A stretch of DNA of 64,000 nucleotides, from positions 5,828,001-5,892,000 of the forward strand of contig CAKKNE010000001.1 in the NCBI GenBank assembly GCA_918797485.1. Direction: 5' to 3'. The notes beneath the pieces are model-generated. The model was given only the letters and a program-made list of their open reading frames with translations. It did no database searches and was not told the origin of the DNA. This document shows positions 1 through 9,740 of this stretch, piece by piece. A program made the position numbers and the translations under genes. Origin of the DNA: Pelagomonas calceolata. Taxonomy: Eukaryota. Numbering within the stretch: the first letter of the stretch is position 1; each line of letters starts with the position of its first letter.

Positions 1-350
1 CGTCGATGAATCTGCAGGGTGTCGGCACTGCTTTGTGCTATCAGTCACTGAGCACTACGTCTCGAGCAATGCGATCTCAGCCTGCACCAAGCTCGAGCTC
101 GAGCGCTCATTCATCGAACCGGGTTTTTCGCGTCGATCGCAGGCATGCGTCCGGCCTGCCACCGATGCCTCCCGCGAGAGACGGAGTGCTCCCAATCTCG
201 TGCGGGTGCGCCACCCCGGCCGAACCGCCACAGTTGTTGCCCAAAGCGTCGGTGCTAATTCGCGCGCACGCAAGGCTGTACGCCAAACGGCGTCGACGCG
301 TCACACGTCCAAAAAGCGCCGCGCGCCGCAGCGGGCAGCCCGCCGCAGCC

Positions 351-2174
351 ATGATGTTCGACGCCGTACCTCCACCAAATGGAACACCTACTGGAGACGA
401 CGGCGCCGCCTACGCCACCTTACTGAACACCGTCGAGAGCCTCCAGGCGGACCTCCAACAGACCATCACGACCTGCCATTCCCTAAGGGAGCAGAACGCG
501 ATTTTGCAGAGGGACCACGATAAAGCAAGGGAGGAGGTACTTAGGCAAAGGGAAAAGGTCGCCGCCAATAGAACTGAATTAGTAGAACAAGCTAAAGCCA
601 AGATCGAGGCCGATCGGGCCACGGAAGCGCTCGTGGCGAAGTGGAAGGTCCAGCTTGACTCGAGGACCAGAGAACTCGAGGAGGTGCAAAAGAAGTTAGT
701 GCCCCAGGACTTAGATATGTTAAGGATCCAAATTCAAGAGGAGCTCGAGGTGCCGCACCAGCAGAAGATTTCGGACCTCGAGGCGGAGGCGCGATCCTTC
801 CAACAGATGTTTTTCAATGTGCGGAGGGAGCTCGAGCGGTCCAAGACGGAGTTCGCGGCCTATACCGAGCACCAGGAGGCCGCGCGGGCGTCGGACCGCG
901 CGACGCATGATGCGGAGCATCGGGGGTTGCGTCGAAGAGTCGTCGAGCTCGAAGCTGCCGCTGCCGATGGTCCTGATGGCGCGGATTTGCAGCGCGGTTT
1001 GGAGGCCAAAGTCCTCGCGTTGGAGGTCAAATGTCGGGAATTGATGAAGGAAAATGATGATTTGCGGAGGGAGCACGACGGCGCCATTGGTGATAAAAAT
1101 GCTGCTGTACAAGGAAGGGCGGAGGACGCGTGTGCTGCCAAAGCGTTAACTGGACAGTTAAAAACTGATGTAGTGGGTCTAGAAAGGAGGTTGGCCGAGG
1201 CGACGAATCGCATCACGAAGCTCGAACAGGATGTGGAGAGCAAACAGCGAGACTTAGACGCAGCAAAAGAAAATTACCGGCTGGCGTCGATGGAGAGCGA
1301 AAAAAGGGACAGAGCTCGGTTGCAGCGCGTGGCGGACGCCGAGAGCGCCGCCGTCGATCTTAGGAGGGAAGTGGATGCTGCGCGCGCTGAGTTACAACGA
1401 GACGCTGATATGTATGGGAGAAAACTAGAACAGTGCGAGACCGAACTGTCGACGGCGAAACGGCAGGCCTTTGAAGCAAGGATGCAGTGCGACGCCACGG
1501 TCAATACGGCGAGACAGGAATGTCGCGAGTTGTGTGCGTCACTCGAGGAACGTCTCGTACAACAAGACCTCGACAAGTCGGCAGCGGAGAAGCAGAAGCG
1601 CGACTTCGAGCAGCAGGCCATTGACGAGTCGCGGAAGCTGCAGGCCGAACTGAAAGTACTTACTGGTAAGGTCGCACGACTGGAGGGTGATGTGGAAAAA
1701 ACTCATAAGCCGAAGATTCAGTTGTTGGAAGACGAGAAGGCTCGAGTGGCGTTGGATAGAGATGCTCACAAAAGACGAGCTGATGCTCTAGAAGCGGCGG
1801 AGAATGCTGCATTGAAGGCGGTGGACGACAAGGACCGAGCTGTATTGGACGTCAAAAAGGCCGAGACGAAGTATGCTGAAGCTAGACGCGAGGCGGAACG
1901 GTTCCGGGAAGAGATTGCTCATTTAAGAGAGACTCATGCTCGCGAGTTGGGCGATGTTCGGGCCCAAATCGCCGAAGACAAGGCCCACGTCGCCGAAGCC
2001 ATAAGGGCCGAGACGGACGCTATCAGGAGGGAGGCCTCGGCGGAGCTCAAGAAGGAGCGGAAACGGTCGGCGGCCTACAAGGAGAAGTGCCTCCAGGCGC
2101 ACAACCGCGAGAAGCGTCTCACATCAACATTGAAGGCTACGACCCGAGCGCAAGCCGAGGACCTCGTGGCCTAA
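351..2174 (+). CDS. CEP83: Centrosomal protein CEP83/CCDC41-like coiled-coil protein
   Basis: Long coiled-coil ORF. The segment PQDLDMLRIQIQEELEVPHQQKI...LERSKTEF resembles the conserved CEP83 block. ATG 351 chosen as the likely start (the ORF is open from 6). Confidence 0.7.
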   Translation: MMFDAVPPPNGTPTGDDGAAYATLLNTVESLQADLQQTITTCHSLREQNAILQRDHDKAREEVLRQREKVAANRTELVEQAKAKIEADRATEALVAKWKVQLDSRTRELEEVQKKLVPQDLDMLRIQIQEELEVPHQQKISDLEAEARSFQQMFFNVRRELERSKTEFAAYTEHQEAARASDRATHDAEHRGLRRRVVELEAAAADGPDGADLQRGLEAKVLALEVKCRELMKENDDLRREHDGAIGDKNAAVQGRAEDACAAKALTGQLKTDVVGLERRLAEATNRITKLEQDVESKQRDLDAAKENYRLASMESEKRDRARLQRVADAESAAVDLRREVDAARAELQRDADMYGRKLEQCETELSTAKRQAFEARMQCDATVNTARQECRELCASLEERLVQQDLDKSAAEKQKRDFEQQAIDESRKLQAELKVLTGKVARLEGDVEKTHKPKIQLLEDEKARVALDRDAHKRRADALEAAENAALKAVDDKDRAVLDVKKAETKYAEARREAERFREEIAHLRETHARELGDVRAQIAEDKAHVAEAIRAETDAIRREASAELKKERKRSAAYKEKCLQAHNREKRLTSTLKATTRAQAEDLVA

Positions 2175-3084
2175 GTTACACTTTTCCTAAGGAAGGAGTC
2201 GTAGGTCCCGACGTCTTCTCCGGGGGTCGTATCGATTTCCACTGTTTCCACGACGGCCTCGAGGACGTCCTCGAGACTGAAGGAGCTCCGGTTCGGTAGA
2301 GCCAATTGGGGAGCGATCCTCAACAGATCCTCTCTCTCGACGACCGCGTCGGGCCGCCCCGGCTCCAATAAGTGCCACGCGTCCCTACAATCCCGCGTCA
2401 CTCCCCTACAATCGACGCAGACGCGCGCGATGGCCGAGAACTGCTCGAAATCAACAATAACACCACAACTTTCAGAAATGCGCTCGACGAGCATGTCGGA
2501 GATGTGCTCGGGCATGTCGACGGCGCACGCCTTCGCCAAGCGCGCGCAATCGTCGCGGCCGCAGTACGGTGATTGCAGAGAAGTAGCGGCCTGTGTGGAA
2601 ATCAAATTTACGGCGTGTTCGTCCTGAATCGCCGCGTCGATCTCCACGCCATCGACGCGGCGCCTGCTCGATGGCGTGGCGATGCCGGTTCCTCACCGCT
2701 CGACGGAGCCAGCGCGGCCACGTCATCGCCGAGAAATGGGGAAACAGCTATAGTCAATTCATCGCCGAGAAATGACTTAATGAAGAATTATCGGGTGCAC
2801 CCGACGCACTGGTTGATTTCCACACAGCTAGCGGCCATCGCCGCGTAGACACTCGCGCATTCGTCCAGAAACTGGTCCGGCGACCTTTGTGCCGCCACGA
2901 GCCTCCGGAAGGCCTTCGTCGTTTCTGTCGTACTCCCACAAAGCTCGTCGAGGTACTGCACAACAAATTCGAGCGGCCGCTCGGGTCGGTACAACAGCGT
3001 TTCCGTGAGCACCTTTTCGAGCAGGCGCTGGACGGCGGCCTCGTCGTCTCTGCTCGGGCTGTGCCGCGGGGGCTCGTCGTCCAT
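2171..3084 (-). CDS. TPGS1-like (tubulin polyglutamylase complex subunit 1) protein with an RIIa/Dpy-30-like N-terminus; exons 3084-2836 and 2590-2171
   Basis: LLEKVLTETLLYRPERPLEFVVQYL is an RIIa/Dpy-30-type motif. Two ORFs join in frame (...YAAM|AATSLQ...) when the GC-AG intron 2835-2591 is removed. Confidence 0.6.
2591..2827. mobile_element. Introner element (non-autonomous TIR element forming an intron)
   Basis: Perfect TIRs CTGTGTGGAAATCAA / TTGATTTCCACACAG. Flanks GTAGCGGC (2583-2590) and CTAGCGGC (2828-2835) form an 8-bp TSD with 1 mismatch. Confidence 0.9.
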
Positions 3085-3625
3085 TTTGCCTGTGCTGCCC
3101 TCACTGGTTCGGGGCAGCTAGTGTTGTCGGCAGCCCCTCTTCTGGGTGGTTCTCTGGCTGGTGTTGTCAGCAGCCCATCTACTGGATCGCGGGCAGCCTC
3201 GAAACCGTCGGGCTAGCGCTGGGCGTCTAGGTATTGGCAGGCGCGATGCTTGGGCAGCTTTAATGCAAATGAATGGCAGCTTTTGTAGCCTCGTGCGGGT
3301 TCCTAGACGAGCTACGCGTAACGAGAGGAGCGGCATGCGTGCGAGCGCTCCCCGACGGACTGCGTTTTTGTATCGGGTTTCGCGTGCGACCGGCACTTGC
3401 GAAGGGAGAAGCACCAGCACGCGGTGAATTGACGCTGAAAACCTGCCTTCGGCCGTACCGGTATAGCTTCAGAGCCTTCTCGAACCCTCCAGCCCGATTC
3501 CGCAGCGATTCGGGCCCCCGCCGGCGAGTTTGGCTTCCGGAGAGCTTCTGCAGATTGGAGGCAGAGCATCAACTGCGGAGCGAATTCCGCCTTCGGAGAG
3601 ACAACAAAGAAGTGAGAAAACAACA

Positions 3626-6600
3626 ATGTCCGAGCTGCGCCAGTCGTCGCGCCCGCGCAAGGCGAGCGCGCGCGCGCGCGAGGCGGCGGCGGACGCCGAG
3701 GACGAGCCTCCAAAAACACCAGTCAAGCGGCAGAAACAAACCAAAGCGGTAGCCACGCCCGCGCCGCCGGTCGCGGAACAAACTGAAGACGACGCCTGGG
3801 CCCAGTGCGACGCCTGCCAGAAGTGGCGGCTCCTCCCGAAGGACCACGTCGTCGACAAAGGGAAACAGTGGACCTGTTCTCTGGTAGGAAGAAGCTGCGA
3901 CGAGCGCGCCGACGACGACACCGAACCAACGGGCACGGTGACGCCCCCGCCGGAACCGCCGCCGCCGACGCAGCACCCGGTCTCACTCAAGGACCTCGAC
4001 ACGAAGCCTGAGGATAGGGCCAAGGTCATGCGCATGAAGTGCCCCGAGCTGCGGGACGCGTTACGGGCCAAAGGTTTAAGTGTAGACGGCCTGAAAGAGA
4101 CGCTGCAAGCGCGACTGCTGAACCCGACGTCGAACGACGTCGCGCGGAAGAAGCGGACGGATCCGACCGTGACGACGTTCCGCAAGCGCGAGCGACGGAA
4201 CGGCCGCTGGGGCCCCTGGGTCGACACCGTCGTCCCCGAGGAGGGCCTCACGTACCGAACGCGGCGCGACGGGGGGGTCATCCGCATCTACCGCAACTTC
4301 GAGAGTTTGGAAGATCGTGTAGTATTACAAGCGACGGTGGCCGAGACGACGTTGTTCCGCCAGTACAAATTCGGCAATGTTCCCGAGCCTAGGGTACACA
4401 TGCTCTTAGCGCCAGAGTCCGCCCCGGGCTGCGCGTATAGCTACCACGGCGTCACGATGCGCGCTTCTTCCATCGAACAGGCGCCCTGCGTCAAGGTTCT
4501 GGCCGACAAGTGCACGGAGAAGTTCGGGAAGGAGTGGAACGTTGGTGTGGATGTAGTAGCCTATAGAGATGGTTATGACAGCTGCGGCTGGCACGCCGAC
4601 GACACGCAGGGCGAAACACTCATAGTAGCGGTAATATTACAAAGTGGCGGCGGTCCGAGACGGGTCCAGTTCCGGCCGAAGACGCCCGACGCGAAATACG
4701 ATGACTCCAATGGAATCACGCGGCGGAGCAAGGACCACATTGGGGAACGGCCGTTGCAAGATGGTGACGAAGAGATCGAGTTGTGGATCGAGGAGGGCGA
4801 TTGTTATACGATGGATCGAGGCGTGCAGATCGGGTATGAACACCAAGTGCCCAAGGTGCCTTCTTACGGATCTAGGAGAGTCGTAGCTATATTGAGAGAA
4901 GGCCAGCCCCGTTTTAAGGCCGAGGGCGCGGACACGGGCACGCCGAACGCGTCCCTAGAACCACCGGAACGGTGGGACTACGAAAAGAACGGCGGCCGGT
5001 TCGGGAAAATTGCGAAGGTCGACGAAGGTGAAGGTGTCTATTATAGCAGGGAGCACTTGTGTGCGACGGGCGGGCACAACCAAGCGCAACGTGGGGTCAG
5101 TGGTTCGCTCGAGAGAGGTGCCGAGTCCGTCGTGGTGTCGCGGTGTTCTTCGAAGATGCGGGAGGCCGACGGCGTCTCGTGGTTGCGGTACACATCAACT
5201 CGAAAGCAGGGTGCGGCTGCTCTATGGAGGAATTTGGTGACGAACGGCCAGCCCATTCGGGTGTTTCGCTCCTCCAAGCTGGCGAACGCGTGGGCGCCTC
5301 CTCTGCTGAATGGCAAGAAGGAGCCGGCGCAGTACCGCTACGACGGCTTGTATGACATCGCGTGCATGTGGGACGACGAGGGGAACCGATCTGTCAAACA
5401 ACCCAGCCAGGCGCCGCCCGGTTCTCGAAAGGGCAAGAAGCGCAAGGCGCCTCCATCCATGCCGCGGACCGTGGCGACGCGCGGCGTGCGGCCCGACATC
5501 CTCCAGGCGCTGCCGCCGCCCGCAGTGCCCGCGGTCGTCCAGGCGCCTCCTGTTAGTCCTCAGGGGCCTCCGTCGACGCCCGCGGCCGCACGCCCGGACA
5601 GCCTCCAGGCGCTGCCGCCGCCGCCGCCGCCGGCAGAGACTTTGGGTAACGACGACATGGACTGCGACGGCCGCGGACCGGCGCCGACCGCCGGGACCAA
5701 CTTCGTCGTCCCGCCCGTGCGCCAGAGCTACGAGCAGCCGATCGACGCCGCCGGCGCGAGCGACGACGGATGCCCGATGCCTGGGCTGGTCGCCGAGACC
5801 GCCGCGGCGCCCGAGGTTCCTGCGCCCGCGCCTCCAGCCGAGCCCGCAGCGATGGAGACCGAGCCCACGGCCGCGCCGAAGGCTGAGCCGGAGCCCGCGC
5901 CGGAACCGGCGGCCTCCGCGCCGGCCGCCGCGGCTGCCCAGGCGGACGCGAGCGACGGCGGCGGGCCGAAGACGGAGCCGGACGCCGGCACTCCGGCCGC
6001 CGGGGACGACGCCGCCGACGCGAAGCTGGCGCTGGCCCCCATCGCACCGGCCGCGGCCGCCGAAGGCGAGGAAATGGGCGCGCCGGCGTACACGTTCCTC
6101 CTCAGGAGAAGGGAGGACGTCAACGCGTGCTCGAACGCGGAATTGATAGAGCGCTTGACGAAGCAGGCGGGCGGCCTCGCGCCGCCGCCCGATCTTATGC
6201 CGGAGACGCTGCCGCGATTGGCCTGGGTCTGCGACGCTGCCCCAGATAGGTATGATGACGACGACGAGGACTTCTTCGGCGGGCCCGGCGGTTATAAGAG
6301 GGCGCGTTGCATGCCGGAGGTGGACTTGAAAGCAAGGTGCGCCGAACTACTGGGCGAGATGGTCGCGCTGACGGTCGCCGAGGCCGGCGGGCTGCACGGC
6401 GGCGAGGGCGCTCCAATTTGGAGCGGCTCTTTCGTCCAACAAGACTACGCGCGCTGGCTGGCCCACCGGCGCTTGTTGTGGCGGTCTTTAAGATTTGCGA
6501 AACAACGAAAGTGCCCGCCGCCCATCGATACGAGCACCGGCGCCGAGTGGGCCGAAGCACTAAAAGCGACGACCGAGCGGAGCGTCATGGCCATGGTCGC

Positions 6601-7219
6601 GGCGGCGCAGCGACGGGCGCACTGCGCTCCTGTCGTCGAAGACATTCTCGAGGAGGACGTTGCTGAAGGTCTGTGTGCGCTGTGCGGCGCGGGCGCCGAC
6701 GACGAGGCTGTAGAAGGGCCGCTCATGGCGTTTAAGAAGGGCGACGAGCGCGTTCTAGTGCACCAGGCCTGCGCGTCGTGCTCGTCGGAGGTGTACTTTG
6801 ATATGCAGTCTAGGCTCTGCAACGTGTTGAAAGCAGTTAAAAGAGGAAGAGGCCTCAAGTGCGCCGCGGGCAAAAAATGTACAAGGCCCAGGAAATCGGG
6901 CGCGACGGCGGGCTGCTCCGTCGCGTCATGCAAGCGCAGTTATCATGTGCGGTGCTGCCTCGACACGGGCTGGACCTTCGGGCCGAACAAGACCTTCTTC
7001 TGTCCGGTCCATAGGCGGGCGAACTACGACCCGAAGGACATGTCGGACGATTGGTGGACCTTCGACTGCGCCTGCGGCCGGAAGGGCCTGAACTTCGACG
7101 ACGGCACGGCCATGTGGGAGTGCTCGAAGTGCGGGTCGTGGCAGCACGCCGCGTGCGCGGGCGGCGCCGAGGACGCGGAGGCGCCCGACGACTACGCGTG
7201 CTTCCGCTGCCGCGGCTGA
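3626..7219 (+). CDS. Multidomain chromatin protein: zf-CW, SAP, AlkB-like 2OG-Fe(II) dioxygenase, SRA/YDG, extended PHD, PHD
   Basis: CW: WAQCDACQKWR...WTC. SAP: MKCPELRDALRAKGLSVDGLKETLQARL. AlkB HxD...H...R..R: YRDGYDSCGWHADD...HQVPK...RRVVAILR. SRA: RGVSGSLERGAESVVVS...PIRVFRS...YRYDGLY. ePHD: CALC...VHQACA...C...SYHVRC...CPVH. PHD: CACG...WECSKCGSWQHAAC...CFRC. Confidence 0.85.
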   Translation: MSELRQSSRPRKASARAREAAADAEDEPPKTPVKRQKQTKAVATPAPPVAEQTEDDAWAQCDACQKWRLLPKDHVVDKGKQWTCSLVGRSCDERADDDTEPTGTVTPPPEPPPPTQHPVSLKDLDTKPEDRAKVMRMKCPELRDALRAKGLSVDGLKETLQARLLNPTSNDVARKKRTDPTVTTFRKRERRNGRWGPWVDTVVPEEGLTYRTRRDGGVIRIYRNFESLEDRVVLQATVAETTLFRQYKFGNVPEPRVHMLLAPESAPGCAYSYHGVTMRASSIEQAPCVKVLADKCTEKFGKEWNVGVDVVAYRDGYDSCGWHADDTQGETLIVAVILQSGGGPRRVQFRPKTPDAKYDDSNGITRRSKDHIGERPLQDGDEEIELWIEEGDCYTMDRGVQIGYEHQVPKVPSYGSRRVVAILREGQPRFKAEGADTGTPNASLEPPERWDYEKNGGRFGKIAKVDEGEGVYYSREHLCATGGHNQAQRGVSGSLERGAESVVVSRCSSKMREADGVSWLRYTSTRKQGAAALWRNLVTNGQPIRVFRSSKLANAWAPPLLNGKKEPAQYRYDGLYDIACMWDDEGNRSVKQPSQAPPGSRKGKKRKAPPSMPRTVATRGVRPDILQALPPPAVPAVVQAPPVSPQGPPSTPAAARPDSLQALPPPPPPAETLGNDDMDCDGRGPAPTAGTNFVVPPVRQSYEQPIDAAGASDDGCPMPGLVAETAAAPEVPAPAPPAEPAAMETEPTAAPKAEPEPAPEPAASAPAAAAAQADASDGGGPKTEPDAGTPAAGDDAADAKLALAPIAPAAAAEGEEMGAPAYTFLLRRREDVNACSNAELIERLTKQAGGLAPPPDLMPETLPRLAWVCDAAPDRYDDDDEDFFGGPGGYKRARCMPEVDLKARCAELLGEMVALTVAEAGGLHGGEGAPIWSGSFVQQDYARWLAHRRLLWRSLRFAKQRKCPPPIDTSTGAEWAEALKATTERSVMAMVAAAQRRAHCAPVVEDILEEDVAEGLCALCGAGADDEAVEGPLMAFKKGDERVLVHQACASCSSEVYFDMQSRLCNVLKAVKRGRGLKCAAGKKCTRPRKSGATAGCSVASCKRSYHVRCCLDTGWTFGPNKTFFCPVHRRANYDPKDMSDDWWTFDCACGRKGLNFDDGTAMWECSKCGSWQHAACAGGAEDAEAPDDYACFRCRG

Positions 7220-7527
7220 AGCCCCTCCCCCTCCCCCTCCCCCATCGCGTAACATTGATTACCTCGACACCACGGGTTTTTCACGCTTTGCGGCATGCAT
7301 TTGCCTCTGCTCCTTGCCCTTTTAAGTGCTCTGTGCGAGTACTCATCGCCAATAGACCGTGCTGAACAATTGGGCTCTGGAACGCGCGAGAACAGGCACA
7401 GGAACACAGGAATTGAGGAGTTAAGCCGACACCGCAATCAGGCCTGGCTCTGCGCTAGACGCCACCGGCGCGCGTCCGCACACGAAGTCGACGCCGTCGA
7501 CGCCGGCGCCGCCGCGACGCAACAACA

Positions 7528-8715
7528 ATGATGAAGGAGATGGAGATGGTCTCGAGCCCGCGCCCGCCGCGGCCGGGCCCCGCGGCGACCGCGACCAGCG
7601 CTCGCAAGCCCACCGCGCGGTGCTCGTCCGCGCTGGGCTGGGTCGTCGCCATGAACGTGTTGCTGGCGGCGACGCAGATTGCTGTGGGTTCGGCTGTGAA
7701 ATCGCTGGCGCTCGTCGCCGACGGCGTGCACACGCTCTCGGACGCGCTCGCGGCCTACGTCGCGCACCTGGCGGAGACGTACGAGAGCAAGGCGTTCGAC
7801 CGGGATCGGTGGCCCTTCGGCTACTCGCGCGCCTCGACGGTCGGCGCGCTGATAAATGTCGCCGCGCTCGAGGCGCTCTGTTTTTCCATCGCGCTCCACG
7901 CGACGTGTCGGATGTTTGATCCCGAACCTCCGACAAATCTGAAGTGGTTGGCCCTAACGTCGCTCCTCGGCGTGGTCATCAACGGTGTCTCCGCGGTCCT
8001 CACGTGCTGCGGCGTGCGGGGCGCACACGTCCATTTGGGCCACGGCGCCACGGGCTACGAGGGCCTGAGCATCTCCGAGGACGGGCAGCCGAAGGGCTCC
8101 GCGTGCGTCTGCTGCGCGCCGATCGTGCCGTCGCCGCTGACGCCGCGGAAGCTGTCGGTCGACGGCGAGGTTACAACGAAGCCGGAGGAGTTGGGCGTCG
8201 GGCGTTTGGCGCTGGTCGCGCATCTCGCGGGGGACGCGGTCACGTGCGCCGTCGTCCTGGCGGAGGCGCTGGTGTTGAAGTACGCGGCGCCGAAGCTGCC
8301 GCGGCGGACGCGGCGACTCCTTTTGCGATATTTGGACCCGTCGCTATCGTTGATATTGGGCTTCGCGATCGGCGCGGCGGCGTGGCCGGTGGGCGCGCGC
8401 GCGGCGCGGAACCTCCTCGACGAGTCGGCGCAGCCCGGTCTGAAGGGCAAACTCGCGGCGCTCGACGGCGTGTTGAAGGTCGACGGCGCCGCTTTGCTCG
8501 TTTTGCGGGACCAGCCATTCGCCGCGGCCGGTCTCGCGCATCTCATCGCGGCGGATGCCCGATCGGCTGAAATCGCATCGAAGGCCGCGCGTGGGCTTTT
8601 CCGAGATATCGGCGCGCGCGAGGTCTACGTCGACGTCCGGTTGGCGCCTTCCGAGCTGTCCGCGCCGGGGGCGGGATGGGCACGGATGAAGCGACCATCG
8701 GCGGCGATGGTGTGA
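7528..8715 (+). CDS. Cation diffusion facilitator (ZnT/CzcD-like) metal transporter
   Basis: SLALVADGVHTLSD, WPFGYSRA..VGALIN, HLAGDA and YLDPSLS motifs; several hydrophobic segments. Confidence 0.85.
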   Translation: MMKEMEMVSSPRPPRPGPAATATSARKPTARCSSALGWVVAMNVLLAATQIAVGSAVKSLALVADGVHTLSDALAAYVAHLAETYESKAFDRDRWPFGYSRASTVGALINVAALEALCFSIALHATCRMFDPEPPTNLKWLALTSLLGVVINGVSAVLTCCGVRGAHVHLGHGATGYEGLSISEDGQPKGSACVCCAPIVPSPLTPRKLSVDGEVTTKPEELGVGRLALVAHLAGDAVTCAVVLAEALVLKYAAPKLPRRTRRLLLRYLDPSLSLILGFAIGAAAWPVGARAARNLLDESAQPGLKGKLAALDGVLKVDGAALLVLRDQPFAAAGLAHLIAADARSAEIASKAARGLFRDIGAREVYVDVRLAPSELSAPGAGWARMKRPSAAMV

Positions 8716-8860
8716 GGGGTGTAATGTTCTTGGTCGTATTTATGTATGTCGGTTCCAAGTCCCGCGGAGCGGCCGCCCAGAGCGGGAATTAAGCTCTGAA
8801 CTTCACTATTCGGGGGTCAGTCGGAGAGGTCTGTTTTCAAAAGCCATCCGCCTAGGCCTG

Positions 8861-8918
8861 TATACATGTATACTATATGTATGTATATACATACATACAT
8901 ACATATATATATATATAC
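8861..8918. repeat. (TA)n/(TACA)n microsatellite
   Basis: Simple AT-rich repeat directly visible in an otherwise GC-rich window. Confidence 0.9.
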
Positions 8919-8964
8919 GGATTCCTAGTGTGTCGATACGCTAGATCACCAGGTCTTGCGGCTC

Positions 8965-9640
8965 GCCAAAGTAGACCAGCGATTGACACCGCCATCTAAC
9001 GTCCAAATAGTACATCATATCAACTCCAGCCCAGTTTTCATACATAATCGACGGAACCGGAGCCGACGGCCCGCGCTCGGAGGGCGGGAGAAGAATTCTA
9101 CTAGACAACTCTCGCGTTTATGTTCGTTTCCTTCCGTTTGTTAGTGGTAGATTCCATTTAGGCCGAATCAGCGATCACTGAGCTATGTAAGATGCTCCAT
9201 TGGAGTCCCGCGATTCGTCGACTTCGGGACCTCACGTTTTATGGGAAAACACGCCCAGATCCTAGACCCGCGAGTATCAGCGACGCCACTACCCAGATGG
9301 ACCATAACGCCGTTGTTCTATTCACGATCGACCGACTTGCCCGTTCTCCGCGGACGACGGTGCGTACGCGGGGCACTGAATTGGCCCCAGACCGGTGGTT
9401 TATAAAATAAATTTGCGTTTCAGGCGCTTCGGTTACGGGACGGGCCAGCTAACCGGCTTGATTGTGTACTACATTGCTACGAGACCCCAAGATGCTCGGC
9501 GCGGGTGGACGGTCTCGCGGGCCCAACATCTCGCCAATTTGAGCGCCATACCTGGACCTGCGACCATCAGCCCGTGTACCATCACCATGGATCATAATGT
9601 GATCATTTATTCCATGACCGACCGACTTGAGCGAGCTCCA
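8965..9640. repeat. Diverged direct repeat, ~290-bp period, 2-3 copies
   Basis: 9261-9350 and 9551-9640 align without gaps (cctagacccgcgagtatcag/cctggacctgcgaccatcag; atggaccataac/atggatcataat; cgaccgacttg shared). A weaker copy lies at about 8970-9060. Confidence 0.6.
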
Positions 9641-9740
9641 GATAAAGATGTTCACGGCCCGAGCGTGGGCAGCACAAAAGTACCCTTCTCGCCGTGTAGA
9701 TGTCATATACTTGTAGTTGACTATCGGTGAGGTAGTATGG

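Noticed and set aside
2723..2774. Repeat-spacer-repeat resembling a minimal CRISPR array
   Set aside because: Only two 16-nt repeats, inside a eukaryotic intron, with no cas genes.
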